A stretch of DNA of 64,000 nt from an uncultured bacterium (GCA_963721685.1 CAVRJJ010000005.1:396980-460979); one strand, 5' to 3'; positions 1 to 9,821 are shown, numbered from the stretch's first letter. The notes: generated from the sequence alone by a model not told the origin. Translations and numbers: made by a program.

Positions 1-17
1 GCTATGTAAAGAAATCG

Positions 18-872
18 ATGGGAGTATTGTCGTTTAACTTTGAAACCCTCAAAGTCCCCAACCGCATTAAAAACACGACTGTCGCGGTGGATGTTGACAG
101 CGATTTTATACTTGAAGGTAAACGTTCAAAGGTTAATTACGCTACTCCCGCTACGACCGAGCTTAGCAAAGGCGACTCGCTTGCCGCCGGAGCCAGTGCC
201 AGCAGCTTGCGGGCTTTTTCTGATTCCATCGGAACAGACGGGGCTTTAATTAAGGAAGCCAAAAACCTTTCGGCGAATGAAACCTTCACGGTGAAGGGCC
301 GCTATGCCGAGTCGGCCTGGCGCCTCAATCTTGGAAGAATGGTAGTCTCACTCGTAGTTTTGGCCGCGGTAGTTACCGTGCTGATTTGGTTACTGCGCCG
401 TTACCGCCGCAAGCACGCGGGTGGTGTAAGACCGCAGGCAGCGACAACCACTGCCAGTACTGCAAGTACAACCCCTAGTACCCAGAACCATCCGCCACTC
501 AGCCTCACAAATCCCGCCTATATCCTGGCCGGGTTTGTTTCAGCAGCGCTGGTAATGGCCGGTACCGTTGGGCTGAGTATTTATATCAAATCCAGCGAGA
601 GCAATTACAATTACGATCCTGATCCCATGTCCGTCATCATATTTTCGCTACTAGCCATTATCTTCTACGTGCTTTCCATCTTGGGCCCAGCGATATGGAT
701 GGCCTCGGCCAAGCGTGATTGGCGAATTTTCATTTATGTTATCGTGTGGGAGTTTGGGTGGCTACTTCTATTCATGCTGTTTTACCAGTTTGGCTACAAA
801 GGACTTATTGATGATGGGTCATCGGTGTCTCCCGGCCAACCTATTCCCCTGAATGATTGCCTTAACTGCTAA
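18..872 (+). CDS. hypothetical multi-pass membrane protein (Ser/Thr-rich linker, several TM helices)
   Basis: 284-aa ORF from the track with hydrophobic segments (LVVLAAVVTVLIWLL, LAGFVSAALVMAGTV, IIFSLLAIIFYVLSILG). No recognisable family and a weak RBS. Confidence 0.4.
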   Translation: MGVLSFNFETLKVPNRIKNTTVAVDVDSDFILEGKRSKVNYATPATTELSKGDSLAAGASASSLRAFSDSIGTDGALIKEAKNLSANETFTVKGRYAESAWRLNLGRMVVSLVVLAAVVTVLIWLLRRYRRKHAGGVRPQAATTTASTASTTPSTQNHPPLSLTNPAYILAGFVSAALVMAGTVGLSIYIKSSESNYNYDPDPMSVIIFSLLAIIFYVLSILGPAIWMASAKRDWRIFIYVIVWEFGWLLLFMLFYQFGYKGLIDDGSSVSPGQPIPLNDCLNC

Positions 873-913
873 ATAGCGGAGTATACTTAGAAGTAAACTA
901 AGGAGGCAATTAT

Positions 914-1291
914 ATGTTAGAAGGTAGCCACGCGTTTAGCAGCTTTTCAGTTAATGATCTGGCGGCGGCCAAAGAATTTTACGGCCAGACATTGGGGATT
1001 GAAGTAAGTGAGGATGAGATGGGTCTCACCTTAAAAATTGCCGGGGGAAACAATATCTTTATATACCCCAAGGACGACCATGCTCCCGCCACGTTCACCG
1101 TTTTGAATTTTCCGGTTGATGATATTGACGCGGCGGTTAACGGGTTAAAAAGTAAGGGTGTTACGTTAGAGCACAATGAGATGACCAATGAAGACGGAAT
1201 TGCCCGCGGCATCGCGGCGAACATGGGTCCGGACATCGCTTGGTTTAAAGACCCGGCCGGCAATTTTCTTTCGGTATTGCACGGAGCGTAA
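914..1291 (+). CDS. VOC/glyoxalase-bleomycin resistance family protein
   Basis: 125-aa ORF with a strong RBS (aaggaggc) 8 nt upstream. Size and the motifs [10 protein letters not shown] ... FKDPAGN are typical of the glyoxalase/VOC fold. Confidence 0.65.
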   Translation: MLEGSHAFSSFSVNDLAAAKEFYGQTLGIEVSEDEMGLTLKIAGGNNIFIYPKDDHAPATFTVLNFPVDDIDAAVNGLKSKGVTLEHNEMTNEDGIARGIAANMGPDIAWFKDPAGNFLSVLHGA

Positions 1292-1341
1292 GGAGCTTAG
1301 AAACGGAGGGCTGTTGATAAGGCCACACCTTAGTGCTTAAT

Positions 1342-1593
1342 CTACTGTTGGTTATTAAGGCGATTAGGTAAGTTGCATGGGCTATTACGGCATTCTGTGG
1401 GATAGTCGGCATCATTACTTTTATCTAACTGTTCTTGCTCCTCTTGCGTAAGCTGCTTTTGCTGCCCTGAGTTCGTGCCCTTCTGCGCTACTTGTTGCTG
1501 ATAGATAAATAGCCCCGCCCCAATTGCCACTAGCAAAGCTAAGGCTATGCAAATTGAAATAATTATTGGTAACTGCTTGTTTGCTGTGCTCAT
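1342..1593 (-). CDS. small membrane-anchored hypothetical protein
   Basis: 83-aa ORF with a single N-terminal TM (LPIIISICIALALLVAIGAGLFIY), a Gln-rich tail, and C-terminal Cys residues. Confidence 0.35.
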   Translation of the reverse strand: MSTANKQLPIIISICIALALLVAIGAGLFIYQQQVAQKGTNSGQQKQLTQEEQEQLDKSNDADYPTECRNSPCNLPNRLNNQQ

Positions 1594-1755
1594 TACAGCC
1601 TATCATTATACAATTTGATTAAAATTATAGTCTAGGGCAAATGCCCGTGGAAGTCATCTGCATTTACCTGGTATTATGCTTAGCATGACATTCAAAGGAT
1701 TCTAATTTTCTCCAGTAGTGACCTAACCACGCCTAAGCTGGCGTTTATCTAATCT

Positions 1756-2265
1756 ATGGAGAAAATTATGGACCATAATATATTATACCCGATGGTAAGA
1801 ACCACGCTTGATGAAATAGGAATTGAATACGAAGTCCTTGAATGTGACCCTAAACTTGCCGATACCACGGCGTTCTGCGAGCACTACGGTTTCGCTTTAG
1901 CGCAGGCTGCTAATACCATAGTGGTAGCGTCGAGAAAGATTGAGCCGACCAAGTATGCCGTTTGTGTGGCTCTCGCCACAACGCGGCTTGATGTTAATAA
2001 GAAAGTCTCTGAACTATTGGGCGTAAAGCGGCTGTCGTTTGCAGATAGCGAAACAACTCAGCGCCTGACCGGCATGATGATAGGAGGCGTTACCGCTATT
2101 GGCATTAAAGATTTGCCTATTTACGTGGACGCGGCAGTGATGGAGCAAAAGAAGGTAGTGATGGGCGGTGGCAATCGGTCGAGCAAAGTTTTGCTTGATC
2201 CGCGGGAGCTTTTGAAATTGAAAGAGCTAGAGGTGGTGGAAAGGCTAGCTAAGGCAAAAGAGTAA
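1756..2265 (+). CDS. ybaK: YbaK/ProX-type aminoacyl-tRNA deacylase
   Basis: 169 aa. The middle region (AVCVALATTRLDVNKK ... MIGGVTAIG ... VMGGG) matches YbaK/ProX trans-editing domain architecture as I recall it. Confidence 0.7.
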   Translation: MEKIMDHNILYPMVRTTLDEIGIEYEVLECDPKLADTTAFCEHYGFALAQAANTIVVASRKIEPTKYAVCVALATTRLDVNKKVSELLGVKRLSFADSETTQRLTGMMIGGVTAIGIKDLPIYVDAAVMEQKKVVMGGGNRSSKVLLDPRELLKLKELEVVERLAKAKE

Positions 2266-2284
2266 TACGAAGGTTTTAGTATGC

Positions 2285-2470
2285 ATGGGGTCGAGGTGCC
2301 CGGGGAGCCACTTGACCCCCCGGGTCCTCAAGCGCGCTAGGCGCTAGTTGCTGGAGCTGAGGATGCTCAGCTCCGCTTGGGGCTGGGTCGGACGCATTCG
2401 AACAGCGCGGTCCAACATCTCGCGGGCGCCCTGATCCTGATCCTTCTGGGTGGCGGAAGCCATGTGGCTC
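2285..2470. other. short high-GC patch (about 65% GC) in AT-rich intergenic DNA, carrying hairpins and a 39-codon minus-strand ORF (2344..2463)
   Basis: The hairpin CCCGGGG-N11-CCCCGGG lies at about 2300-2326, and AGCGCGCT is palindromic. The minus-strand ORF has RBS+ATG (reverse complement of catgtggctcctcct) and encodes MASATQKDQDQGAREMLDRAVRMRPTQPQAELSILSSSN. The GC contrast with the flanks is clear by eye. Confidence 0.2.
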
Positions 2471-2734
2471 CTCCTCGTTGTTTACTGCGCCAAAATTAGC
2501 ACAGAGTCTAAAAGGCTACCACTTTCGAGAGGGCTTATATGCTAGTAGAGCTCATGAAAATCCGATTTAATAACGTAAACGTTTTGTAATATGTATCTGG
2601 TAAGCATCAGTTGAGTATAGAGTATAAGGTTAAAATAAGCGCCAAGTAGCTACAGGCGACAGTAGAACCATATTTGCCGGTGCTTATTTATTGGAAATCC
2701 TGTAAACTGGCCTCTTAATACTAAGGAGAAGGCC

Positions 2735-3277
2735 GTGGCAAATCAATCAGCTCAGCTCAATAGCTTTGCCATCGATACAAGGGAAGACCTCGTAATTAAT
2801 GCCATCGAAATATTTGACACAATAAAACATTCGCTAGTGGTGCTGAATAAAGACTTAAACGTGGTAATGGCAAATGCCGCCTTTTACAAAACTTTCCAGG
2901 TTACCCGCGAAGAAACTGAGGGTAATCGTATTTACAATATTGGTAACGGCCAATGGAATATAGACAAATTAAAAATACTCCTTGAGAAAATTATTCCCCA
3001 AAATAAGGCTGTAGATGATTACGAGGTTAGCCATAATTTTAATACCATCGGCGAAAAGGTGATGCTCTTAAACGCGCGGGAAATAGTTCGCCAAGATAAC
3101 CGGCAAGAAGTGATATTGCTTGCGATCGAGGATATTACCTATAGCAAAATGTTAGAGCAACAGGCGAAAGACGCTGAGTCTCACATTAATACCATTCTTG
3201 AAAAGCTTGTTGGATCCGCCGTGCGGTACACTGGTGGAACTGCCCCGCAAACTTCTCCCAAGAAAAAGAAAGCATAG
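2735..3277 (+). CDS. PAS-domain protein (sensor fold only, no output domain)
   Basis: 180 aa with a GTG start and RBS aaggag at 2724-2729. The region VVLNKDLNVVMANAAFYKTFQVTREE ... NGQWNIDKL ... LLAIEDIT fits the PAS fold pattern, and the C-terminus is Lys-rich. Confidence 0.55.
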   Translation: MANQSAQLNSFAIDTREDLVINAIEIFDTIKHSLVVLNKDLNVVMANAAFYKTFQVTREETEGNRIYNIGNGQWNIDKLKILLEKIIPQNKAVDDYEVSHNFNTIGEKVMLLNAREIVRQDNRQEVILLAIEDITYSKMLEQQAKDAESHINTILEKLVGSAVRYTGGTAPQTSPKKKKA

Positions 3278-3462
3278 TTTTGCAAGCCTAAGCCCACTCA
3301 CTTGACTTATTAATGGATCTATGATATAAATAACAGATTCGGCGTGACAAAGTATGGTCATGCCGGTAGCACGGCGCAGCTAGGTTTTTAGTGCGTTTCA
3401 GTTTCGCAATCGTCCTAGTCAACCTCTTTCCTCGTGGAAAGAAACCAAGCAAGGGGGCTGGT

Positions 3463-3744
3463 ATGCAGTGCAGTGAGACGGGAAAGGCATTCGAGGACAC
3501 GAACGCCGTCTTCGCGGTTGTTGATTCCGCGGGGAGGACCATCGCGATGGTCTCCAAGGAGGTGGTGCTCGCAATCCCATCGGATAGGCGAGAATGGGAA
3601 GACAGATGTACTGAAGGAAGCTCGGGCGCGAACATCCATAGGACGGTCTATGACGCGGGGCACTTCCATGTCGATGACTTCGTCTTCTCGATTACTCGGC
3701 GCGTGCTCGAAAGGCATTTGCCGAATGTCGCCAGCATCTCCTGA
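3463..3744 (+). CDS. hypothetical protein encoded in a high-GC patch
   Basis: 93-aa ORF in a roughly 57% GC segment (3400-3850) flanked by 42-45% GC DNA. RBS aagggggctgg, and the hairpin+T-run terminator lies downstream at 3811-3846. The overlapping minus-strand and Arg-rich ORFs look like frame artefacts of the GC-rich DNA. Confidence 0.25.
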   Translation: MQCSETGKAFEDTNAVFAVVDSAGRTIAMVSKEVVLAIPSDRREWEDRCTEGSSGANIHRTVYDAGHFHVDDFVFSITRRVLERHLPNVASIS

Positions 3745-3810
3745 AGTGGCACACCACCAGGGCAGACTCGTATCTGGCGAGTACAAATGGCATTTTCCGC
3801 CATCTGCCCC

Positions 3811-3846
3811 AGCCCCATGAGGCGCAAAACCCTATGGGGCTTTTTG
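3811..3846 (+). terminator. rho-independent terminator (AGCCCCAT-loop-ATGGGGCT followed by TTTTT)
   Basis: An 8-bp perfect stem read directly (3811-3818 / 3834-3841), followed by a T5 run. Confidence 0.4.
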
Positions 3847-3891
3847 CTACCAATTTTTAACACGAGGAAGCTGGTCTGTTAAGCTTGCTAC

Positions 3892-4278
3892 ATGGATCTA
3901 ACTGAAATTATAGGCAAAGTTGCAGGCGTAGTTGCCGTGTTGGCGTTTGTCCCCTACATCTGGAGTGTACTTAAGGGCAGCACTCAACCAAGCCGCGCAA
4001 GTTGGTTAATATGGTCTGTCTTAGGTGTAAGTATTCTTGCCGACCTATTTGCTGGTATTCCTACCTTAATTAAAGCGTGGAAATTTCCGGATACCCAGAG
4101 TACTAATGTTTATCGCAACGGCGCATTGAGCGCGATAATCACTCTGCTTATTATTGATAACTGGACGTATGCTGCGTATGGATTTCCCGTATACATATTG
4201 GTTATTTGCGCACTACTTTATGTCTTCATCAAGTTCAGAGTCGGAATAAGGCTCAAGCCTGTAAAGACCGTGGCTTAA
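3892..4278 (+). CDS. small 3-4 TM membrane protein (possibly PQ-loop/SemiSWEET-like)
   Basis: 128 aa with hydrophobic helices. The PQ-loop resemblance is weak and unverified. Confidence 0.4.
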   Translation: MDLTEIIGKVAGVVAVLAFVPYIWSVLKGSTQPSRASWLIWSVLGVSILADLFAGIPTLIKAWKFPDTQSTNVYRNGALSAIITLLIIDNWTYAAYGFPVYILVICALLYVFIKFRVGIRLKPVKTVA

Positions 4279-4376
4279 AAATGATCATTATCTATTTCGA
4301 AGCTCATTTAGCGGCCGGGGGGGGGCTGTAACTGCCTCATGGAAATGGCAACCTGGGTGGATCTATAAATTGACAT

Positions 4377-4798
4377 CTATTTCCAGGCCTGGAGGCCTTT
4401 AGTCGCTGCTTGCAGCACTTCGCGATTGCCATAAAGTCCTATCCCTAAATACTCAATTTCGCCAGCGTTTTTTTGTGACAAAGCATTTTGTAGCTCTTCA
4501 TCATCCAACAGTTCGACCATCTCGCGAGTAAATCCCATCCATTGTATATCAGCTGCTTGGCTTTGCGCGTAACCCTGCGCAGGTCTTTTGCGTCTGCCCT
4601 TAAGATGGCGATACCGTATTGAGTGTTACGAGGAATTTCAATTCCATCTGCAGTGATAAAAGAGGGGCCAGTCGAAAAATTATTGCCGAGTGAATTACAA
4701 AAGTAACCAGCGATGTGGGCAGCAGTATTGAGTAGCTGCCACTCGGGCAGATCTTTACGCATACAGATGGTGATTTTATTGGTAAAGTCTTGTGCCAT
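4377..4798 (-). pseudogene. DUF2000-like protein interrupted by a frameshift near 4585-4600
   Basis: The N-terminal part is the track ORF 4445..4798. A second frame continues as PAQGYAQSQAADIQWMGFTREMVELLDDEELQNALSQKNAGEIEYLGIGLYGNREVLQAATKGLQAWK and ends at TAG (4377-4379). Joined, the two give about 140 aa, the typical DUF2000 size. Confidence 0.35.
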
Positions 4799-4852
4799 GC
4801 ATCGATATTACCAGATAGGATTCCAAATCAGAACGATGGTTATGTTTTTTGT

Positions 4853-4952
4853 GGCTTCGCAAAGCCAATAATTGCATGGTGAACTACCGTGTATCGAATT
4901 GGAACCAAATCAAGAGAGAACTGGTCGCCTGGTATAAAGTTTTAGATGGAAG
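4853..4952 (-). repeat. degenerate tRNA-Glu-like element plus conserved 3' flank (copy A)
   Basis: It aligns along its full length with the intact tRNA-Glu at 10485..10559 and with copy B (about 85% identical to B over about 95 bp). It begins TGGTGA.., contains ATCGAAT, and ends ..TAGATGG. Confidence 0.55.
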
Positions 4953-4966
4953 TGAGCTTCAAGCAA

Positions 4967-6214
4967 TTACGAGAGGGTAGTGGAACCTCCTTTCTTTACA
5001 GCTAGGTACCTAAGCACTAGCAGGCCTAGCACCGCACTTATGGCAGAGGCGGCAAAGATACTTAGTTTGGAAATAGTTGCAAGCTGCTCTCCAGTAAAGG
5101 CAAGCTCTGTTACAAATATAGATACGGTAAAGCCTATTCCTGCCAGTAGTCCGGCTCCAAGTATGTGCATCCAGTTTGTGCTTGTTGGTAATGACGAAAA
5201 CCCTAACTTTATTATTAACCAGGATCCTAGTAATACGCCTATGGTCTTGCCAGCAACTAAGCCTAGAATAATGCCTCCAGTCAGCGGCAGGGCAGCGTCA
5301 TGCGGGAACGCATCAAATGATAGGGGGATGCCAGTATTGGCAAAGGCGAAGAGGGGGACGACTACAAGGGTGGAGGCTGGTATAGTAAATCGTTCTAAGC
5401 GTTCGGCTAAAGGCTCGCCACTTTTTCTTCTTTTTACCGGGGCAAGCAATCCAAGTAAGGCTCCAGCTATGCTAGGATGAATCCCCGAAGCCTGCAAGGT
5501 CAACCAAAGCAAGATTCCGGCAATAATAAAGACGGGCATGTTGAGTAACTTCATCTTGGCGAGCAATAATACCAAGCCCGAAAGTAGCGCTGCCGCTAAT
5601 AACATGGCGAAATTCGCATCTACTGAATAAAAAAGACCTATTACAATGACCGTTCCCACATCATCTACAATGGCCAGGGTTAAAAGAAAAAGTCGTAGGG
5701 AGGTTGGTATGCGATCACCCAGTAAGGCTAAGAAGCCTATCGCGATAGCAATGTCGGTGGCAGTTGGAATTGCCCATCCTCGGGCTGTCTCCAGTCCAGC
5801 ATTTATTGCGAGGAAGATTATCGCCGGAACAATCATGCCCCCAATGGCCGCGGCGATCGGTAGTAGTGCAGTACCACGATCACGTAACTTGCCCTTAACA
5901 AGCTCGCGCTTTAATTCCAGCCCAACTACCAGAAAGAAAATTGCCATGAGGCCTTCATTGATCCAATGACGCAGGTCTAGCGAAAGAACCCAATCCCCAA
6001 AACCGATAGGCAGGTTGGTGTGCCAAAGGGCATCATATACCGGCTTCATGCTGGTATTAGCGATCAAAAGTGCTAAGGCTGTTGTTGCCAGTATGAGCTT
6101 GCCGCTAATCGCTTCATCTTTAAGTAAGTATGAAGTAAGTTCGGATACTCGGGTTTTATGGAGTATTTTTACAATGTGTATGATTTTGTTTTTCAGGATA
6201 TATCCAGCCGCCAT
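4967..6214 (-). CDS. nhaA: Na+/H+ antiporter NhaA
   Basis: 415 aa with about 11-12 TM helices and the NhaA-characteristic segment GWAIPTATDIA plus ALAIVDD. Confidence 0.85.
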   Translation of the reverse strand: MAAGYILKNKIIHIVKILHKTRVSELTSYLLKDEAISGKLILATTALALLIANTSMKPVYDALWHTNLPIGFGDWVLSLDLRHWINEGLMAIFFLVVGLELKRELVKGKLRDRGTALLPIAAAIGGMIVPAIIFLAINAGLETARGWAIPTATDIAIAIGFLALLGDRIPTSLRLFLLTLAIVDDVGTVIVIGLFYSVDANFAMLLAAALLSGLVLLLAKMKLLNMPVFIIAGILLWLTLQASGIHPSIAGALLGLLAPVKRRKSGEPLAERLERFTIPASTLVVVPLFAFANTGIPLSFDAFPHDAALPLTGGIILGLVAGKTIGVLLGSWLIIKLGFSSLPTSTNWMHILGAGLLAGIGFTVSIFVTELAFTGEQLATISKLSIFAASAISAVLGLLVLRYLAVKKGGSTTLS

Positions 6215-6327
6215 TAATAGTATTTGCTGACCAGACTTCCCAGCACGCCTCCTCCATACTAATTGAGACGGTGTCTTAAAGCCAATTCACAGATATGGTG
6301 TCCTGGTGCAGGTTAAAGTGAAATTAC

Positions 6328-7056
6328 TCAGTGGGGGAGGCTTTGCTCAAAATTGGATATAGGGTCATACCAGCCCTGCTCGAGCACGCAAGCTTGAAAG
6401 TCGTGATCAAGACCAAAAATGACGGCAATACCTACCAGCAAAAAAAGCACACCTATACCACGCATAAACCAACCATCTGAATCACTAGTTCTTGCCAAAC
6501 GGTTAGCTAATGGCTGCCCGATAAGCGTTATAAGCAGCAAAACGCTAGCGAGCCCAGTAGCATAGGCAATTAAGTAGATTAAGCCTGTGGTAAATGACTG
6601 AGGAATAACGGTTGCTACGATGAGGGCATAGGTAGGGCTACAGCTACTAAAGACTGGCCCAAGGGCAGCTCCAGTAAGTATATCGCGCTGAATGCCCCGC
6701 TGACTAGAAGCGCTGCTAAGCAAGCTATTTGCTCGTATATTTAAGCGCAGCTTAGTTGCCAACTTCTCCCAGCTTTTCGGGAATGCAAGGCTGACGCCAA
6801 GAGCGATTACAATAATGCCGGAAAGAATCTTCCAAACCTCTACCGGTACACCCAATAGAGCAGTGCTAACTTTAAGAAGTAGCGTGAATAGAACGATAGA
6901 TACTGCCAGGCTGGCAACAATGACAAGAGGACGATACCAGCTCTTCTGCTGACCGAGAGCTATTGAACCCCCAACAATTACCGGAATGAGCGGTAAAATA
7001 CAAGGAGCCATGACCGTTAAGACTCCTGCTAAAAACGAAACTACCAGAAGTGTCAT
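6328..7056 (-). CDS. ccdA: cytochrome c-type biogenesis / disulfide-reductant transfer protein CcdA (DsbD family)
   Basis: 242 aa with 6 TM helices. Conserved Cys sit in TM1 (MAPCILPL) and TM4 (SSCSPT), as in CcdA. The start ATG overlaps the stop of the upstream thioredoxin-like gene (ATGA). Confidence 0.75.
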   Translation of the reverse strand: MTLLVVSFLAGVLTVMAPCILPLIPVIVGGSIALGQQKSWYRPLVIVASLAVSIVLFTLLLKVSTALLGVPVEVWKILSGIIVIALGVSLAFPKSWEKLATKLRLNIRANSLLSSASSQRGIQRDILTGAALGPVFSSCSPTYALIVATVIPQSFTTGLIYLIAYATGLASVLLLITLIGQPLANRLARTSDSDGWFMRGIGVLFLLVGIAVIFGLDHDFQACVLEQGWYDPISNFEQSLPH

Positions 7057-7520
7057 TGGAGAATATTGGGAGTAATGGCTTGCAGTGTCGGATCGTCGTA
7101 AGCGACATATTTTTTAATCAAGTCGCCGTTATCATCGACCCGGACAAAGATAGTTTGAATTGTTACGCCGTACTTTTGGCGTAATTGCTGGTTTGAATCA
7201 TAGTCTACCTTAAAGATTGTGACATCATTTGGAACCTGGCCGGCCTTAATGCTCGCATCAAGCTGTCTGCACTGGGGACACCAAGGTGCATGGAAGAAAA
7301 GTACTTTGGTGCCTTAAGTAGAAGCAACGCTGTTCTCGGTGTAGTCGGTGTATGCACCAGGTGACGATGAGACACCCTTGGGTGTTTGGGTCTGCTGGCT
7401 GGACGGGGGAGGTTGCTTATGGACTTGGCCGTCTTCTGGATTGGCGAGGTAGATATAGGCAAAGGCGCCAGTAATTATAACAGCAATGCCAAGTGCAATT
7501 AATAAGGGTTTGCCTTTCAT
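7053..7520 (-). pseudogene. membrane-anchored thioredoxin-like (TlpA/ResA-type) protein with an in-frame TAA at 7314-7316
   Basis: The N-terminal 68-aa ORF (TM anchor MKGKPLLIALGIAVIITGAFAYIYL plus linker) continues in the same frame after the TAA as GTKVLFFHAPWCPQCRQLDASIKAGQVPNDVTIFKVDYDSNQQLRQKYGVTIQTIFVRVDDNGDLIKKYVAYDDPTLQAITPNILQ. This part carries the WCPQC thioredoxin motif and no internal start codon, and ends at a TGA that overlaps the ccdA ATG. Confidence 0.6.
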
Positions 7521-7619
7521 ATGCCAATTTTACGAGAATTACTGTCATATAGCGAATGGCTCGAACCGCTAAGCAAGCCTGTATGTTGGATCCAAAACTT
7601 GCTATGTAATTAAGATAAT

Positions 7620-7716
7620 GGCTTCGCAAAGCCAATAAATGCTGGTGAACTATCAGATTTTGGATTGGCACCAAATCAAGAAGGAACTGATTGCCTGGTA
7701 TAAGGTTTTGGGGGAA
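7620..7716 (-). repeat. degenerate tRNA-Glu-like element plus 3' flank (copy B)
   Basis: The sequence ggcttcgcaaagccaataaatgctggtgaactatcag..ggattggcaccaaatcaagaaggaactgattgcctggtataaggtttt aligns with copy A and with the tRNA-Glu gene. Confidence 0.55.
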
Positions 7717-8044
7717 TACAGGTATTAGATATTACGAGCGTGTAGTGGAATCATTTGTTATAAAGTGAGCGATATGGCAACTCAATCTATTATAAAGTAC
7801 TAAAAAGCGGTACCGATCAATATCGGGCTAATTAACCCTCTTATTCGTTGGCTGCTTTGTATAAGGTTCTTATGCTTTCACAATTTGCTTAAAAGTGATA
7901 AAACTATAGCGGCCCGAGTGTTTGCGGAAATCAGCTCATGATCAAAGGAGTCGAAGTGACAGGAACTGCGACAACTGCTGAACCCCTTGTGCTGACGGCT
8001 GTCAGGTTCTGGTCGGCGCGACCTTATCGGGGTAAGATAAGGGT

Positions 8045-8730
8045 ATGCGTATATTAGTTGTTGAAGACGAGCATAAGATTGCCAGATGCGATAAAAAGGG
8101 GGCTGGAGCAAGAATCATTTGCTGTCGATGTAGCCTACACCAGTGACGAGGGGGTGTCGATGGCTGACAACTGAAGATCTATGATGCAGTCGTTCGTAGA
8201 TCGTATGTTGCCAGGATTACTTGACGGCGTAGATATTGTTAAAGAAATGCGGCGCGAGCAGATTCATACTCCTGTACTCTTGTTGACTGCAAAAGATGGT
8301 ATAAGAAGATCGGGTAATCGGCCTGAATGCTGGCGCAGATGATTACCTGGTTAAGCCATTTGCATTTGCAGAACTTCTTGCGAGAGTTCGAGCATTACTT
8401 CGTCGCCCTCACGATTCTTTAGGAACTGTTTTGAAAATCGATGATCTTACGCTCGACACTAACAGTTTTGAGGTACAGCGAGCTGGGAATAAGATCGACT
8501 TAACAAGTAAAGAATTCGCTCTTTTAGAGTATTTGATGCGAAATCAAAATCAGACACTAACAAAGAGCAACATAATGAATCATGTTTGGGATTATGATGC
8601 AGATATCCTTCCAAATACAGTAGAGGTTTACATAGGGTATCTTCGCAATAAGATCGATAAGCCTTTTACGAGCCCATCGTTGATTCAGACTTCCAGAGGT
8701 TTTGGATATAAAATGGCAGTTGCTAAATAA
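8045..8730 (+). pseudogene. OmpR/PhoB-family response regulator disrupted by several frameshifts
   Basis: It begins MRILVVEDEHKIA (receiver). The receiver motifs (..AVDVAYTSDEG.., ..HTPVLLLTAKDG.., ..GADDYLVKPFAFAELLARV..) can be read only by switching frame at least 3 times, once at an a5g5 homopolymer. The intact C-terminal winged-helix is track ORF 8431..8730. Confidence 0.6.
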
Positions 8731-9738
8731 TGTTCAAAAGTTCAGTAATAAAGCTCTCGGCTGCATATTTAGCTATATTGATGCTAATCTGTATTTTTTT
8801 CAGCATTATGGTTTACAGGGTGTCAACTGATTCGCTCGAGGAAAGTTTTCAGCGCCGAACACGGGCGCCTACAGCCTAGGTTCGGGCCTTTGCCTAGGGA
8901 GGAGTTTGAGCAGCTTCGAAATGAGCAGCTAGCCGAGGGGAGGTCGCGTATCATTATGAATCTGTTCGGTACTAATGTACTCATTTTAGTACTAGGGGGA
9001 CGCAGGTAGTTATTTATTGGCACAGCGAACCTTGCGTCCTATAGAGGAAGCGCTCGATGCTCAGAGTCGGTTTACGGCTGATGCCTCCCATGAATTGCGT
9101 ACTCCTCTCACTGCTATGCGAACTGAGATAGAGGTCAGCCTTACAGAGACAAGAAATTAAAAGTTGGGGAGGCGAGGGAATTACTTGATTCCAACTTAGA
9201 AGAAATCGACAAACTCCGAGAGCTTGCGAGTGGGCTATTAACATTATCCAGGCAGCAAAATGGGGATGCAATACCCTTTAGTGAACTACAGCTTAATACG
9301 ATTGCCAGAGAAGCACAGGAGCGACTATCTGGTGTTATAGCTAAGACGAATACAGTCATTAAGACCGAATCTGACGTGGAATATCCAGTCACAGGCGACC
9401 GTGAAAGCTTAATTAGGTTATTCGTGATACTTCTGGACAATGCAATTAAATACAGTAAAGAGACTCCTAATATCCTTATCTCCATCAAGCAGGATTCCCG
9501 AAAAGCAGTGGTCCAAATAAAGGATGAGGGCATAGGCATTAAAGCTTCTGATCTACCGCATATATTTAACAGGTTTTATCGTGCAGACACCTCTCGATCA
9601 AAGTCCACTGAAGGATACGGGTTGGGGCTTTCTATCGCTAAACAAATCGTAGATAGACATAAAGGCTCAATTAATGTTTCAAGTACTCCAGGGGAGGGTT
9701 CGTTAATTACTGTTAGTCTGCCTATAAAACCAGCTTAG
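8730..9738 (+). pseudogene. sensor histidine kinase (HisKA + HATPase_c) with frameshifts and stops
   Basis: The ATG overlaps the stop of the response regulator (TAATG). There is an N-terminal TM and an H-box (ASHELRTPLTAMRTEIEV) in one frame. An intact HATPase_c domain is track ORF 9376..9738 (N/G1/G2 boxes: LLDNAIKYS, DEGIGI, GYGLGLSI). The middle is broken by frame changes and a TAA. Confidence 0.55.
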
Positions 9739-9821
9739 AATTCTAAGTCTAGGATCTTAAGCATTTTCTCAGACAAGTTTTTATGCTTGGAGAGTCATAA
9801 AGACGAAAGGAATAAAAAAGT

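Noticed and set aside
3415-3820. Overlapping Arg/Pro/Trp-rich ORFs on both strands (3434..3820 +, 3415..3786 -, 3288..3635 -).
   Set aside because: Their amino-acid composition is typical of out-of-frame reading of GC-rich DNA. Only the 3463..3744 plus-strand ORF has an RBS and a downstream terminator, and even that is low confidence.
4980-5969. Plus-strand ORFs 4980..5480 and 5646..5969 inside nhaA.
   Set aside because: They are antisense to a confidently assigned NhaA. They are low-complexity Ala/Ser/Pro-rich products with no RBS.
7878-8111. Minus-strand ORF 7878..8111 (77 aa).
   Set aside because: It lies across the promoter and 5' end of the response-regulator pseudogene. It has no RBS or family signal.
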